Below are positions 1 to 9,060 of a stretch of 56,688 nucleotides of DNA, one piece after another. A program made the translations under genes and the position numbers. Location of the stretch: NCBI GenBank assembly GCA_002686295.1, contig NZBB01000006.1, positions 2,084-58,771 of the forward strand, in the 5' to 3' direction. The stretch's first letter is position 1. The number at the start of each line of letters is the position of its first letter. The notes under the pieces were generated by a model. It saw only the letters and a list, made by a program, of their open reading frames with translations, was not told the origin of the DNA and made no database searches. This DNA comes from Candidatus Woesearchaeota archaeon (lineage in GTDB: Archaea; Nanobdellota; Nanobdellia; Woesearchaeales; GCA-2686295).

Positions 1-7
1 AAAAAAT

Positions 8-190
8 ATGGTTAAAAAAAAAAGTACAACCACACATTGTGGATGTGGTAAAGGAACAAAAGCAACAGTTGGAACAGTATCTTTAGTGCTTGGTCTAATA
101 TTGTGGTTTAGCTATCTTTCATTAGAACAAGTTTTCGCTATAATCCTTGTTCTTGTTGGACTTAAAAAATTGTTCAAATTATGTCATTAA
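8..190 (+). CDS. Small membrane protein, two predicted TM helices
   Basis: 60-aa ORF with two hydrophobic stretches and an N-terminal HCGCG motif. Confidence 0.6.
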   Translation: MVKKKSTTTHCGCGKGTKATVGTVSLVLGLILWFSYLSLEQVFAIILVLVGLKKLFKLCH

Positions 191-286
191 TGCACAAATT
201 TTTATTTTATTTTTAAGAATTATTTCATAAAATACAGATAATTAAAAATAAAGATATTTAAATTAACTTCTTCTATCGCTGTTAAA

Positions 287-1219
287 ATGAGATATTCAAG
301 ACAGGAAATCTTAATAGGAGAAAACAATCAGAAGATACTTAATGAAAAAACTATTGCAGTTGTAGGGCTTGGGGCTATAGGAAGTGTAACAGTTGATTTA
401 CTATCAAGAGCAGGCGTAAATTTAATTATCATAGATAGAGATATAGTTGAACTAAATAATCTTCAAAGACAATTTTTCAATGAGGAAGATGTTGAAAAGC
501 CAAAAGCATTAGCTATAAGAAGCAGACTTAAAAAAATAAATTCTGAGATAAAAATATCTAGTTTTGCAGAAGATTTGACTTTTGAAAACATTAATCTGTT
601 ATCAAAAGCAGATTTAATTCTTGACTGCACAGATAATTTAGAAACAAGATTTTTGATAAATGATTTCTGCCTAAAAAACAATAAGGAATGGATATACTCT
701 GCAGCAATAAAAACAATTGGCACAATAAAACATTTTAAGCCAAAAAAAGCTTGTTTCAAATGCATTTTCAAAGAAATCAAAGGACTTGAAAGCTGTGAAA
801 CTGCTGGGGTGCTGGCAAGCACAACTATGATAACTGCTTCAATACAGGCAGACATGGCCATTAAAATTCTGACAAATAAAGAAACAATTGATGAAATGAT
901 AAGGTTTGATATAAAAAATTCTGAAATAGAAAAGATAAGAATAAAAAAAATAAATTGCGAAGCGTGTAAAGGAAAATATGAATATCTACAGAGAAAAACT
1001 ACTATTGTAAAAAGTTGTGGAGAATATTTTCAGATAACAAACAAACCAATAAATCTAAAAAAATTAAAAAACAAACTTGAAAAGCTTGGCAAAGTAAAAT
1101 ACTATGAAGAATATCTCCAATACAAGAACATAATTATTTTTAACAATGGCAGAGCATTAATAAAAGCCAAGAATGAAAAACAGGCAAAAAGTGATTTTTC
1201 AAAATTTATTGGCAACTAA
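287..1219 (+). CDS. ThiF/MoeB/UbaA-family E1-like adenylyltransferase
   Basis: RYSRQ, GLGAIGS, DRDIVELNNLQRQ, DCTDN, CFKC/CEAC zinc motifs, SCETAG. Confidence 0.92.
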   Translation: MRYSRQEILIGENNQKILNEKTIAVVGLGAIGSVTVDLLSRAGVNLIIIDRDIVELNNLQRQFFNEEDVEKPKALAIRSRLKKINSEIKISSFAEDLTFENINLLSKADLILDCTDNLETRFLINDFCLKNNKEWIYSAAIKTIGTIKHFKPKKACFKCIFKEIKGLESCETAGVLASTTMITASIQADMAIKILTNKETIDEMIRFDIKNSEIEKIRIKKINCEACKGKYEYLQRKTTIVKSCGEYFQITNKPINLKKLKNKLEKLGKVKYYEEYLQYKNIIIFNNGRALIKAKNEKQAKSDFSKFIGN

Positions 1220-1222
1220 ACA

Positions 1223-1230
1223 TTTAAAAA
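1223..1230 (+). promoter_or_regulatory. Putative TATA box for the polyamine operon leader
   Basis: TTTAAAAA about 26 nt upstream of the ATG at 1256. Confidence 0.5.
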
Positions 1231-1255
1231 GAATAATCACACTCTTAAAAATATT

Positions 1256-1300
1256 ATGAGAACAAAAGCTTTATTCAACCAAGTAAAAGCCAGTTCTTAG
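1256..1300 (+). CDS. Putative 14-aa leader peptide MRTKALFNQVKASS
   Basis: ATG..TAG at leaderless distance from the TATA box, ending 25 nt before the DHS ORF. Confidence 0.45.
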   Translation: MRTKALFNQVKASS

Positions 1301-1325
1301 AATAAACTATTTCTCAGCATAGGTA

Positions 1326-2273
1326 ATGATTATGAGTTATGTATCTGATTTTAAATGGACTCCGAATATGAATGTTAAAGAGTTAGTTGAAAAGCTCGGA
1401 CTAATTGGTTTTCAAAGTGTAAAGTTAAATAATGCTTCAAATGTCATTGTTAAAATGAAAAAAAATTCTGCAAAAATATTTCTGACATTTACTTCTAACA
1501 TGGTAACTTCTGGATTAAGAGGTTTCTTTGCACAACTAATAAAATTAAAGATAGCAGATGTCATAGTTACAACTGTTGGCGGATTAGAAGAAGATATAAT
1601 GAAAGCAACTGGCGAAAAATTTGTTATAGGAAGATTTGAAAGCGATGATGTTGAATTGCATGAACAAGGAGTAAATAGGGTTGGCAATCTATTAATAAAA
1701 AATGAGAGTTATATGAACTTTGAAGACAGAGTTATGCCTATACTGAAAAAATTATACAAAAAAAAGAAACGATGGGCTGTTTCAGAAATGTTGCGAGAAA
1801 TAGGCTTGATGCTTAAAGATGAAAATTCCATATTATATCAGGCTGCAAAAAACAAGGTCCCAATATTTTGTCCTGCAATTACTGATGGTGCGCTTGGATT
1901 TCATTTATACCTGTTCCAACAAAAACATCCTGATTTCATAATTGATGTAGTAAAAGATTTTGGGAACATATTATTCACAACAAGTCAAGATGAAAAAAAA
2001 GGTGTTATTGCACTTGGTGGAAGCATTTCAAAACATCATGCTATTTTATGCACCTTGTTACATGGAGGAGCTGAATATGCAGTATACATAACTACTGCTC
2101 ATAAAACTTCTGGAAGCATGTCTGGTGCAACCACTAATGAAGCAAAGTCCTGGGGCAAAGTAAAAGATGATAGTGATGTATCAACTGTTATAGGTGATGC
2201 AACAATAATGTTCCCTTTAGTAATGATAAAATCGTTGGAACAATTAAAAGAAGAAAAACTATTGAAAAAATGA
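1326..2273 (+). CDS. dys: Deoxyhypusine synthase family protein (start may be 1332)
   Basis: FTSNMVTSGLR, GGLEED, NRVGN, PAITDG, GGSISKH, SGATTNEAKSWGK with catalytic Lys. Confidence 0.93.
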   Translation: MIMSYVSDFKWTPNMNVKELVEKLGLIGFQSVKLNNASNVIVKMKKNSAKIFLTFTSNMVTSGLRGFFAQLIKLKIADVIVTTVGGLEEDIMKATGEKFVIGRFESDDVELHEQGVNRVGNLLIKNESYMNFEDRVMPILKKLYKKKKRWAVSEMLREIGLMLKDENSILYQAAKNKVPIFCPAITDGALGFHLYLFQQKHPDFIIDVVKDFGNILFTTSQDEKKGVIALGGSISKHHAILCTLLHGGAEYAVYITTAHKTSGSMSGATTNEAKSWGKVKDDSDVSTVIGDATIMFPLVMIKSLEQLKEEKLLKK

Positions 2274-3298
2274 GTGAACCAAAATTTTTATTATCAAAAA
2301 CTAAAGTACTCGAGCAATATAATAAAGTCAAACAACTAGCAAGTTTTATATCTTACAGCTCAAAGACAAATCAAGAAGTAACCAAAATATTAGATGATGA
2401 AACAAATTGTTTTTTCAGCGTTCATCTGATAAATGAATTAAAACACCTAAAAGACAACAGCAGAGTCATATTCTTAGCTCAGGGATGGACAAACAATTCT
2501 ATAAAAAAACTGATAAAACAAGGAATAAAATATTTCATTGTTGACAATGAACCTGATTTAGAAACACTGATGAATTATTTAGAAAAAAACAAAAATCAAA
2601 TAAATCTTTTCTTAAGATTAAAACTGAAAGAGCACACACTGAAAACAGAACGATATTTCGTATTTGGTATGGACTCTGAAACAATAAATAAAAAACTAAA
2701 AGAATTAAAAAACCACTCGCAAATAAAAAATTTGGGAATACATTTTCATAGAAAAACCCAGAATATGAGTGAATGGAATTTAAAAGATGAAATAGCCAGT
2801 ACAATAGAGAAGGAAAATCTTGAAGCGATAGATATAATGAACATTGGCGGTGGTTTGCCGGCAGATTACGCCAATACAAATGTTGAGATTATAAAATCAA
2901 TATTCAACAAAATAAAAGAATTTAAAGAATGGCTTGAAAAATATAACATAAAACTAGTTATTGAACCTGGAAGATTTATAGCCGCACCCAGCTGCAGATT
3001 AAAAACCAATATAATAAACATCTACAAACAAAATATTGTGATTAACGCTTCAATCTACAACTCAGACATTGATGCGTTGATAGTTCCTGTAAAATTACTG
3101 GTTGAAAACGAAAGAAAACAAGGAATTCCGTATGTTATAAAAGGAATAACTCCTTGTTCAATGGATTTATTCAGATACAGAGTATACCTTGATAATCCAC
3201 AAATTGGTGATGAAATAATATTTTTAAACGCTGGAGCATACAATTTCTCAACTGATTTCTGCGACTTAGAAAAAATAGATACAAAAATATTAACATGA
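2270..3298 (+). CDS. PLP-dependent fold-III (Orn/Arg/DAP family) decarboxylase
   Basis: YSSKTN PLP lysine, HFH, NIGGG, EPGRF, PCSMD, GAY; ATGA overlap with DHS. Confidence 0.88.
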   Translation: MSEPKFLLSKTKVLEQYNKVKQLASFISYSSKTNQEVTKILDDETNCFFSVHLINELKHLKDNSRVIFLAQGWTNNSIKKLIKQGIKYFIVDNEPDLETLMNYLEKNKNQINLFLRLKLKEHTLKTERYFVFGMDSETINKKLKELKNHSQIKNLGIHFHRKTQNMSEWNLKDEIASTIEKENLEAIDIMNIGGGLPADYANTNVEIIKSIFNKIKEFKEWLEKYNIKLVIEPGRFIAAPSCRLKTNIINIYKQNIVINASIYNSDIDALIVPVKLLVENERKQGIPYVIKGITPCSMDLFRYRVYLDNPQIGDEIIFLNAGAYNFSTDFCDLEKIDTKILT

Positions 3299-4155
3299 AA
3301 AACTTTATGAACTTGCCAGAAGAATATTGCAAAGAAGATTCCTACTTTAAAATACTTCCAGTGGCTTTTGAAAAAAATTTGACTGCAGGTATAGGTACTT
3401 CAAACGGCCCTAAAGAAATAATCAAAGCATCAAAACATTTAGAGTATTATGATGAACAATTTGAGAACGAACCGTTTCTTCAGGGAATAAAGTTATTAAA
3501 ACAACCGAATGTCAAGAATTTATCTCAAGAAGAGATGCATAGAAAAATACAAATTCCAGAAAAAGGATTCACAACTATTCTTGGTGGCGATCATTCTGTA
3601 ACTATTGCCATAATAAAACATTTGTTGAAAAAACAGGATTTCTCAGTTATCATTTTGGATGCTCATTCAGACTTTAGGCATTCATGGAACAACTCAAAGT
3701 ATAATCACGCATGCATTTCAAAAAGAATATCTGAAAAAACAAATATTGTGTTGATTGGAGTGAGATCTCAGGATATTGATGAAGCAAAAGAAATGAAAGA
3801 AAAAAACATTCCAATAATTAAAGCTTATGAAATGGAAAAAGAAATTTCTGAGAAACTATTAATTATATTGAAAGAATTAAAAGACAAAGTTTATATCTCA
3901 ATAGATGTGGATGTTTTTGACTTCATAAAAAATACTGGTACGCCTGAACCTGGAGGCATAAGTTGGAATCAAACAATAAAAATACTTGAACATATCTTTA
4001 AAGAAAAAGAGGTTATAGGTGCCGATATAACAGAGTTTGCTCCAAAAAATAATTTTGTGGATGAAGCATATTCACTGGCAAAATTGAGTTATAAATTAAT
4101 GAGTCTGAAAACAAAATATTCACAACGTTTAAATACTACTGGTGCAATCCAATAA
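3295..4155 (+). CDS. speB: Agmatinase (ureohydrolase family)
   Basis: GGDHS, DAHSD, SIDVDVFD, TGTPEPGG, ITE motifs. Confidence 0.9.
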   Translation: MKNFMNLPEEYCKEDSYFKILPVAFEKNLTAGIGTSNGPKEIIKASKHLEYYDEQFENEPFLQGIKLLKQPNVKNLSQEEMHRKIQIPEKGFTTILGGDHSVTIAIIKHLLKKQDFSVIILDAHSDFRHSWNNSKYNHACISKRISEKTNIVLIGVRSQDIDEAKEMKEKNIPIIKAYEMEKEISEKLLIILKELKDKVYISIDVDVFDFIKNTGTPEPGGISWNQTIKILEHIFKEKEVIGADITEFAPKNNFVDEAYSLAKLSYKLMSLKTKYSQRLNTTGAIQ

Positions 4156-4169
4156 AAAGGTGGATTTAT

Positions 4170-5162
4170 TTGCAAGTTATTATTCCATTAGCAGGTAAAG
4201 GAACTAGGCTAAGACCTCACACTCACACTAAAGCCAAACCATTAGTTCATGTGGCGGGTAAAGCAGTTATAGGATATATTCTTGATGAATTAAAAAAAAT
4301 AAATGTTGAAGAAATAATATTCATAATTGGTTATTTGGGCGAACAAATAAAAGATTATGTTTCTAAAAATTACGATTTTAAAACTAAATTCATAGTTCAA
4401 AAAGAATTGAAGGGACAGGCTCATGCAATAAATTTAGCCAAACCTTACATAAAAGAAGATGTTCTTATATGGTTTGCAGATACAATAAGCAATCCAAACA
4501 TAAAAAAACTCGTGAGGGAACAAGCTGATGGATTGATATATGTTAAAGAGCATGAAGATCCTGAAAGATTCGGAATAGTCTTTCCTGATAAAGAAGGATT
4601 CATAGAAAAAATAATTGAAAAACCAAAAAATCCAAAGTCAAATCTTGCAAATATAGGATTGTATTACATTAAAGATTATAAACTGATGTTTGAAAGCATT
4701 AATTATTTAATCGAAAAGGACTTGCAGACAAAAGGAGAGTTTTACCTTGTAGATGCATTCAACTTAATGATAGATAAAGGTACAAAATTAAAATCTGAAA
4801 CTGTCAGAAACTGGATGGATTGCGGAAAACCAGAAACATTACTGAAAACAAACCAATACCTGTTAAAAAAAACTCCTGATAAAAAGTATAAGAATATCAA
4901 AAGTAGTTTAATAATAAAACCAGTATTCATAGAATCAGGCACAACAATAGAAAACTGCATCATAGGCCCTAATGTTTCAATATCTAAAAATACCTGCATA
5001 AAAAACTCCATCATAAAAAACAGCATTATTGGAGAAAAATCAATAGTTGAAGAAAGCCAGATAAAAAACTCGATTATAGGATCATTTGCTACTGTTAAAG
5101 GTTTTTACAAAAAACTAAATGTTGGCGATGATTCAGAATTAGTATTCGGAAATGAAACTTAG
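4170..5162 (+). CDS. Sugar-phosphate nucleotidyltransferase with left-handed beta-helix tail
   Basis: AGKGTRLRP, KPL, EKP, DCGKPE, hexapeptide repeats; TTG start after AGGTGG. Confidence 0.9.
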   Translation: MQVIIPLAGKGTRLRPHTHTKAKPLVHVAGKAVIGYILDELKKINVEEIIFIIGYLGEQIKDYVSKNYDFKTKFIVQKELKGQAHAINLAKPYIKEDVLIWFADTISNPNIKKLVREQADGLIYVKEHEDPERFGIVFPDKEGFIEKIIEKPKNPKSNLANIGLYYIKDYKLMFESINYLIEKDLQTKGEFYLVDAFNLMIDKGTKLKSETVRNWMDCGKPETLLKTNQYLLKKTPDKKYKNIKSSLIIKPVFIESGTTIENCIIGPNVSISKNTCIKNSIIKNSIIGEKSIVEESQIKNSIIGSFATVKGFYKKLNVGDDSELVFGNET

Positions 5163-6951
5163 TCATAAACTAGGACTAAGAGCTGAAAAAAAAGAGGGTG
5201 AGGGATCTTTTCTTCTCACAGATAAAACCGGCTCGTACTTATCTCTTAGTGCCAACAAGCAAAACCAGACACAAATGCAGGGATTCTTCAAATTAGATAA
5301 AAACTGGGAGCCATACAAATATCTTGAAAATATATTTCTTGATAAAGATGTTGAAGAGCTTGAAAATAATTTTTCACACATAACAAGAAAAAGCGGAAAA
5401 TCAAAAGAAAAATTTTACTTGACAACAACAGCTTTAATATACGAAGTCAACAATTACAAAGGATTCATAAATTTAGAAGTTGATTTCAGAAACATCTTTG
5501 ACTTTAACGATGAAAATAGATTTTATAAAATTAAAAAAGAAAAAGACTTGTTAATAATATATTATAAGAAAAACTCTCGCTACTTAGTTTTAAAAGGAGT
5601 TAAAGATTTTGAACAACAAAATTTTTGGGAGAAAAGAAACTATTCTTATGATGAATTAAGAAATACGAAGTCAGAATTCTATATTTACAAAGTAGCAAGA
5701 ATTAAATGCAATAAAAAAATAAAATTATTCATAACAACTGCAAAGAAAAAAAATGAAGCGAAAGAAAAAGCTGAAATCGCAGCAAAAAATGAATCTTCGC
5801 TTAAAGAAATTCTTGAAACAAGAATAAAAAATGTTTGTAAAGAGAAAAACTTGGGAATTAGTGCCTCTTTGAACTCTCTTGACAGTTTAAGAACAATCAT
5901 TGGAAAAGGAGATTATAAACTTGAAGGATTATTCGCTGGTTTACCTTGGTTTTATCAGCTCTGGTCAAGAGATGAATTAATATCCTTAAAAGCTTTCATG
6001 ATTGAAAACAGATTTGATTTTGTGAAAAAAAGATTAACTTCTTATCTTGGCTTGATTAATGGAAACGGAAGATTGCCAAACAGAATTCCAGAATCAAATT
6101 TAAGTAGTGCTGACAGTATAGGATGGTTGTTCAAGAGATACTGCGACTTAATAATTATTTTAGAAGAAAAAAAGTTGTTAAAAAAATATTTTACAAAAAA
6201 AGAATTGTTGAAAATTAAGCATAAACTGCATTTCTCAATAGAAGAACAAATGGCCAGATATATGAAGAACAAACTGATTTTCAATCGAAAAAATGAGACT
6301 TGGATGGACACAACCATTAATCATTTAGATGCACGAGCAGGTGCATGCATAGAAATACAGGCATTATTCTTGTCAGGATTCAAACTTATGAAAAAATTGT
6401 GCAGACAATTAAAACTGCCTTATTATGGATATAGAACACTTGAGAAAATGCTCTCAAAAGAAGTTAAAAAGAATTTTTTCAAAAACGGCATGCTACGCGA
6501 CAGAATAGGGGATGACACTTGCAGACCAAATATTTTCATAGCTTACTATGTTTATCCTGAACTACTAAAAAAATATGAATGGAAAATTGTTTTCAAAAAA
6601 ACTCTTGATAAATTATGGCTTGAATGGGGTGGATTAGCAAGTATTGATAAGAAGCATTCATTATTCAAACAAAAATATACTGGACATAACAATTTAAGCT
6701 ATCATCGAGGCGATAGTTGGTTCTGGATAAATAATCTTTCAGCTATATGCATGGCTGATTTGGATTATAAAGAATTTCATTACTATATTGATTATATCTT
6801 TAAAGCAAGCAAGAATGATTTATTATTCTCTGGATTCATAGGACACGGCTCAGAGCTAAGTTCTGCAAAAAGTTTCGAACCGTGTGGCTGTTGGGCTCAA
6901 GCATGGAGTTCAGCCACATTTGTAGAGTTAGCAAAAACATTAAGACTATAA
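5152..6951 (+). CDS. Amylo-alpha-1,6-glucosidase / glycogen debranching enzyme C-terminal family
   Basis: AGLPWF, WSRDELIS, GRLPN, SADS, TWMD, YHRG, GCWAQAWS. Confidence 0.88.
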   Translation: MKLSHKLGLRAEKKEGEGSFLLTDKTGSYLSLSANKQNQTQMQGFFKLDKNWEPYKYLENIFLDKDVEELENNFSHITRKSGKSKEKFYLTTTALIYEVNNYKGFINLEVDFRNIFDFNDENRFYKIKKEKDLLIIYYKKNSRYLVLKGVKDFEQQNFWEKRNYSYDELRNTKSEFYIYKVARIKCNKKIKLFITTAKKKNEAKEKAEIAAKNESSLKEILETRIKNVCKEKNLGISASLNSLDSLRTIIGKGDYKLEGLFAGLPWFYQLWSRDELISLKAFMIENRFDFVKKRLTSYLGLINGNGRLPNRIPESNLSSADSIGWLFKRYCDLIIILEEKKLLKKYFTKKELLKIKHKLHFSIEEQMARYMKNKLIFNRKNETWMDTTINHLDARAGACIEIQALFLSGFKLMKKLCRQLKLPYYGYRTLEKMLSKEVKKNFFKNGMLRDRIGDDTCRPNIFIAYYVYPELLKKYEWKIVFKKTLDKLWLEWGGLASIDKKHSLFKQKYTGHNNLSYHRGDSWFWINNLSAICMADLDYKEFHYYIDYIFKASKNDLLFSGFIGHGSELSSAKSFEPCGCWAQAWSSATFVELAKTLRL

Positions 6952-6983
6952 CTTTTTTAAACAAACAATTCTTTCAATTTAAA

Positions 6984-7976
6984 ATGAACGAATTATCTAT
7001 GCTTATAGAAAAAGCCGAAAAAATATATAGAAAAAAATTTTCAAACAGAACATGGTTTGAAAGGGCTCTGTTTTTCAGCTGGTCCTGCTCCATCAGAGAT
7101 TGCACATTTTGCTATATGAGTACACAACAAAGAAATAATGATTATAAGAAAGCTGTACGTTCAAAAGAATCATTATATGCCGAAACCATTCTATGCAAAA
7201 AACTTGGTTGGAAAATAGGGTTTTTTAGTGGCGGAATAAATTCTTACCCTCATAAAGAATTGTTAGAAATTCTCAAAATCATAAATAGCATAATAGGAGA
7301 GAAAATTTGGTTAAACATAGGTCCGATTCCAAAAAAACAACTAGAAAACTATCAACCTTATATCAAAGGTATTATTGGCTCGATTGAAACAGTCAACGAA
7401 AAAATTCACTCTGAAGTCTGTCCTTCAAAACCAATAAAACCCTATTTAAAGATGTTTAAGAACTCAAGAGAATTAGGACTGAAAAACGGAATGACTTTGA
7501 TACTTGGTCTTGGAGAAAGCAAGGTTGATTTTAAAAAATTAGAATCTTTCATAAAGAAAAACAACATTGAAAAAATACATGTTTATGCTTTGAATCCTGT
7601 TAAAGAAACAGTTTTTGAGAGAAAAAAGTCTCCGACAAAAGAATATCAAGCATGGTACATTGCAAAAATAAGAACGAGTTTTCCGAAGATAGATATCCAG
7701 ATGGGTATATGGAAAGACAAAATTAATAGAGTATCATTATTATTAAGAGCAGGTGCAAACTCTATATCAAAGTTTCCAATAACTAAGAAATTTGGTAGTG
7801 AGAAAGCAAAAAATATCGAATTAGAAGCAAAGAAAGCCAAAAGAAAGTTTTCAGGAACTCTAACAAAACTCCCGAATATTGACTGGAATAAAGAGATTGA
7901 AAAACTAACTATAAATAATGAAACAAAACAAATTGTCAAGAAAAAACTCGAGCAATACCTCAAAAAGATGAGTTAA
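6984..7976 (+). CDS. Radical SAM protein, BioB-like archaeal family
   Basis: CSIRDCTFC (CX4CX2C), SGG, IETVN, AGAN; start moved to MNELS to avoid overlap. Confidence 0.85.
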   Translation: MNELSMLIEKAEKIYRKKFSNRTWFERALFFSWSCSIRDCTFCYMSTQQRNNDYKKAVRSKESLYAETILCKKLGWKIGFFSGGINSYPHKELLEILKIINSIIGEKIWLNIGPIPKKQLENYQPYIKGIIGSIETVNEKIHSEVCPSKPIKPYLKMFKNSRELGLKNGMTLILGLGESKVDFKKLESFIKKNNIEKIHVYALNPVKETVFERKKSPTKEYQAWYIAKIRTSFPKIDIQMGIWKDKINRVSLLLRAGANSISKFPITKKFGSEKAKNIELEAKKAKRKFSGTLTKLPNIDWNKEIEKLTINNETKQIVKKKLEQYLKKMS

Positions 7977-7978
7977 GA

Positions 7979-8977
7979 TTATTGAAATTCAAGAGCAAAA
8001 AATTTAGCGAGTATTGAGAACAAAGAAAGAATCAAAGGACCAAGCAATATCCCTATAAAACCAAAAACACTTAAGCCACCAATTATTCCAACCAATATTA
8101 GCACAGGGTGAAGACCTGCCTTCTTTCCGATAACTTTTGGTTTCAAAAAATGTTCTATGTTTGATATAACAAAAACACCAAAAATTAGCAACACTATACC
8201 ACCAACATAATGCCCCAACAAAATTTGTATGAAAGCTGCTGGAAGCCAAACAAGTGCAGCACCAACAAAAGGTATTGCTGCCAGAACAAATGCTATGAAA
8301 CCCCAAAAAATAGGGCTATCAATTCTTAATATTAGAAACATAGAACCAACTAATAATCCCTGCAATGCAGCTATTAAAAAAACTCCGTAAAGAACTGCTT
8401 GAAGAATTTTTTTTGAATCTTTAAATAATTTCTCCGAGTATTCTTTCTTCATAGGCAAATGAAATTTGACCCACTTAATCCACGATTTTCCATCTCTAAA
8501 AGCATAGAACATTATAAAGAGCATTATAAATAATCCTATGATACTTTCAGCAAAAGAACCTAATACGTTAGGAGTGTTATCCAATATGAAAGTCCTAACA
8601 TTAAATATTAAATCATCCAAAAAAAAACCAATCTCTACAGAATCAACAAAAGGAGCTAAAAAAATATCGAGTTTCTCAAAGTTAAAGATTACAACAGAAG
8701 AATAAGCACCATATGTTTGTTTGAGCAATGAATCAACAAAAAAATAACTTGGAAAAATAATTATTAGCAACACAAACAACACCATTAGAAAACTACTAAT
8801 ATTGACAGACCAAATATTTTTATTCAACCATTCATAAACAGGATAAAGAACTACTGTAAGAACAAAAGCCAAAACAATGCTGTTAATAAGAGGCTTCACA
8901 GTTATAAAAGCCAAGTACAAAAAAACAACTAGAATAACAATTAAGAAGTACTTCACAATTTTTGCTTCTCTCATCAA
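7979..8977 (-). CDS. AI-2E (PerM) family transporter
   Basis: Multi-TM; IPFVG, LKPKVIG, LHP, GGLSVFGFIGILLGP. Confidence 0.9.
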   Translation of the reverse strand: MMREAKIVKYFLIVILVVFLYLAFITVKPLINSIVLAFVLTVVLYPVYEWLNKNIWSVNISSFLMVLFVLLIIIFPSYFFVDSLLKQTYGAYSSVVIFNFEKLDIFLAPFVDSVEIGFFLDDLIFNVRTFILDNTPNVLGSFAESIIGLFIMLFIMFYAFRDGKSWIKWVKFHLPMKKEYSEKLFKDSKKILQAVLYGVFLIAALQGLLVGSMFLILRIDSPIFWGFIAFVLAAIPFVGAALVWLPAAFIQILLGHYVGGIVLLIFGVFVISNIEHFLKPKVIGKKAGLHPVLILVGIIGGLSVFGFIGILLGPLILSLFSILAKFFALEFQ

Positions 8978-9060
8978 ATATTAAAACAGGATTAATCATT
9001 TATAAAGATTTTGAAATGCTTAGCAAAAATATAAAAACTTTGAATAAACATCATAATGAT

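Noticed and set aside
8..190. Possible ubiquitin-like SAMP next to the E1-like gene
   Set aside because: Hydrophobic membrane peptide with no C-terminal GG
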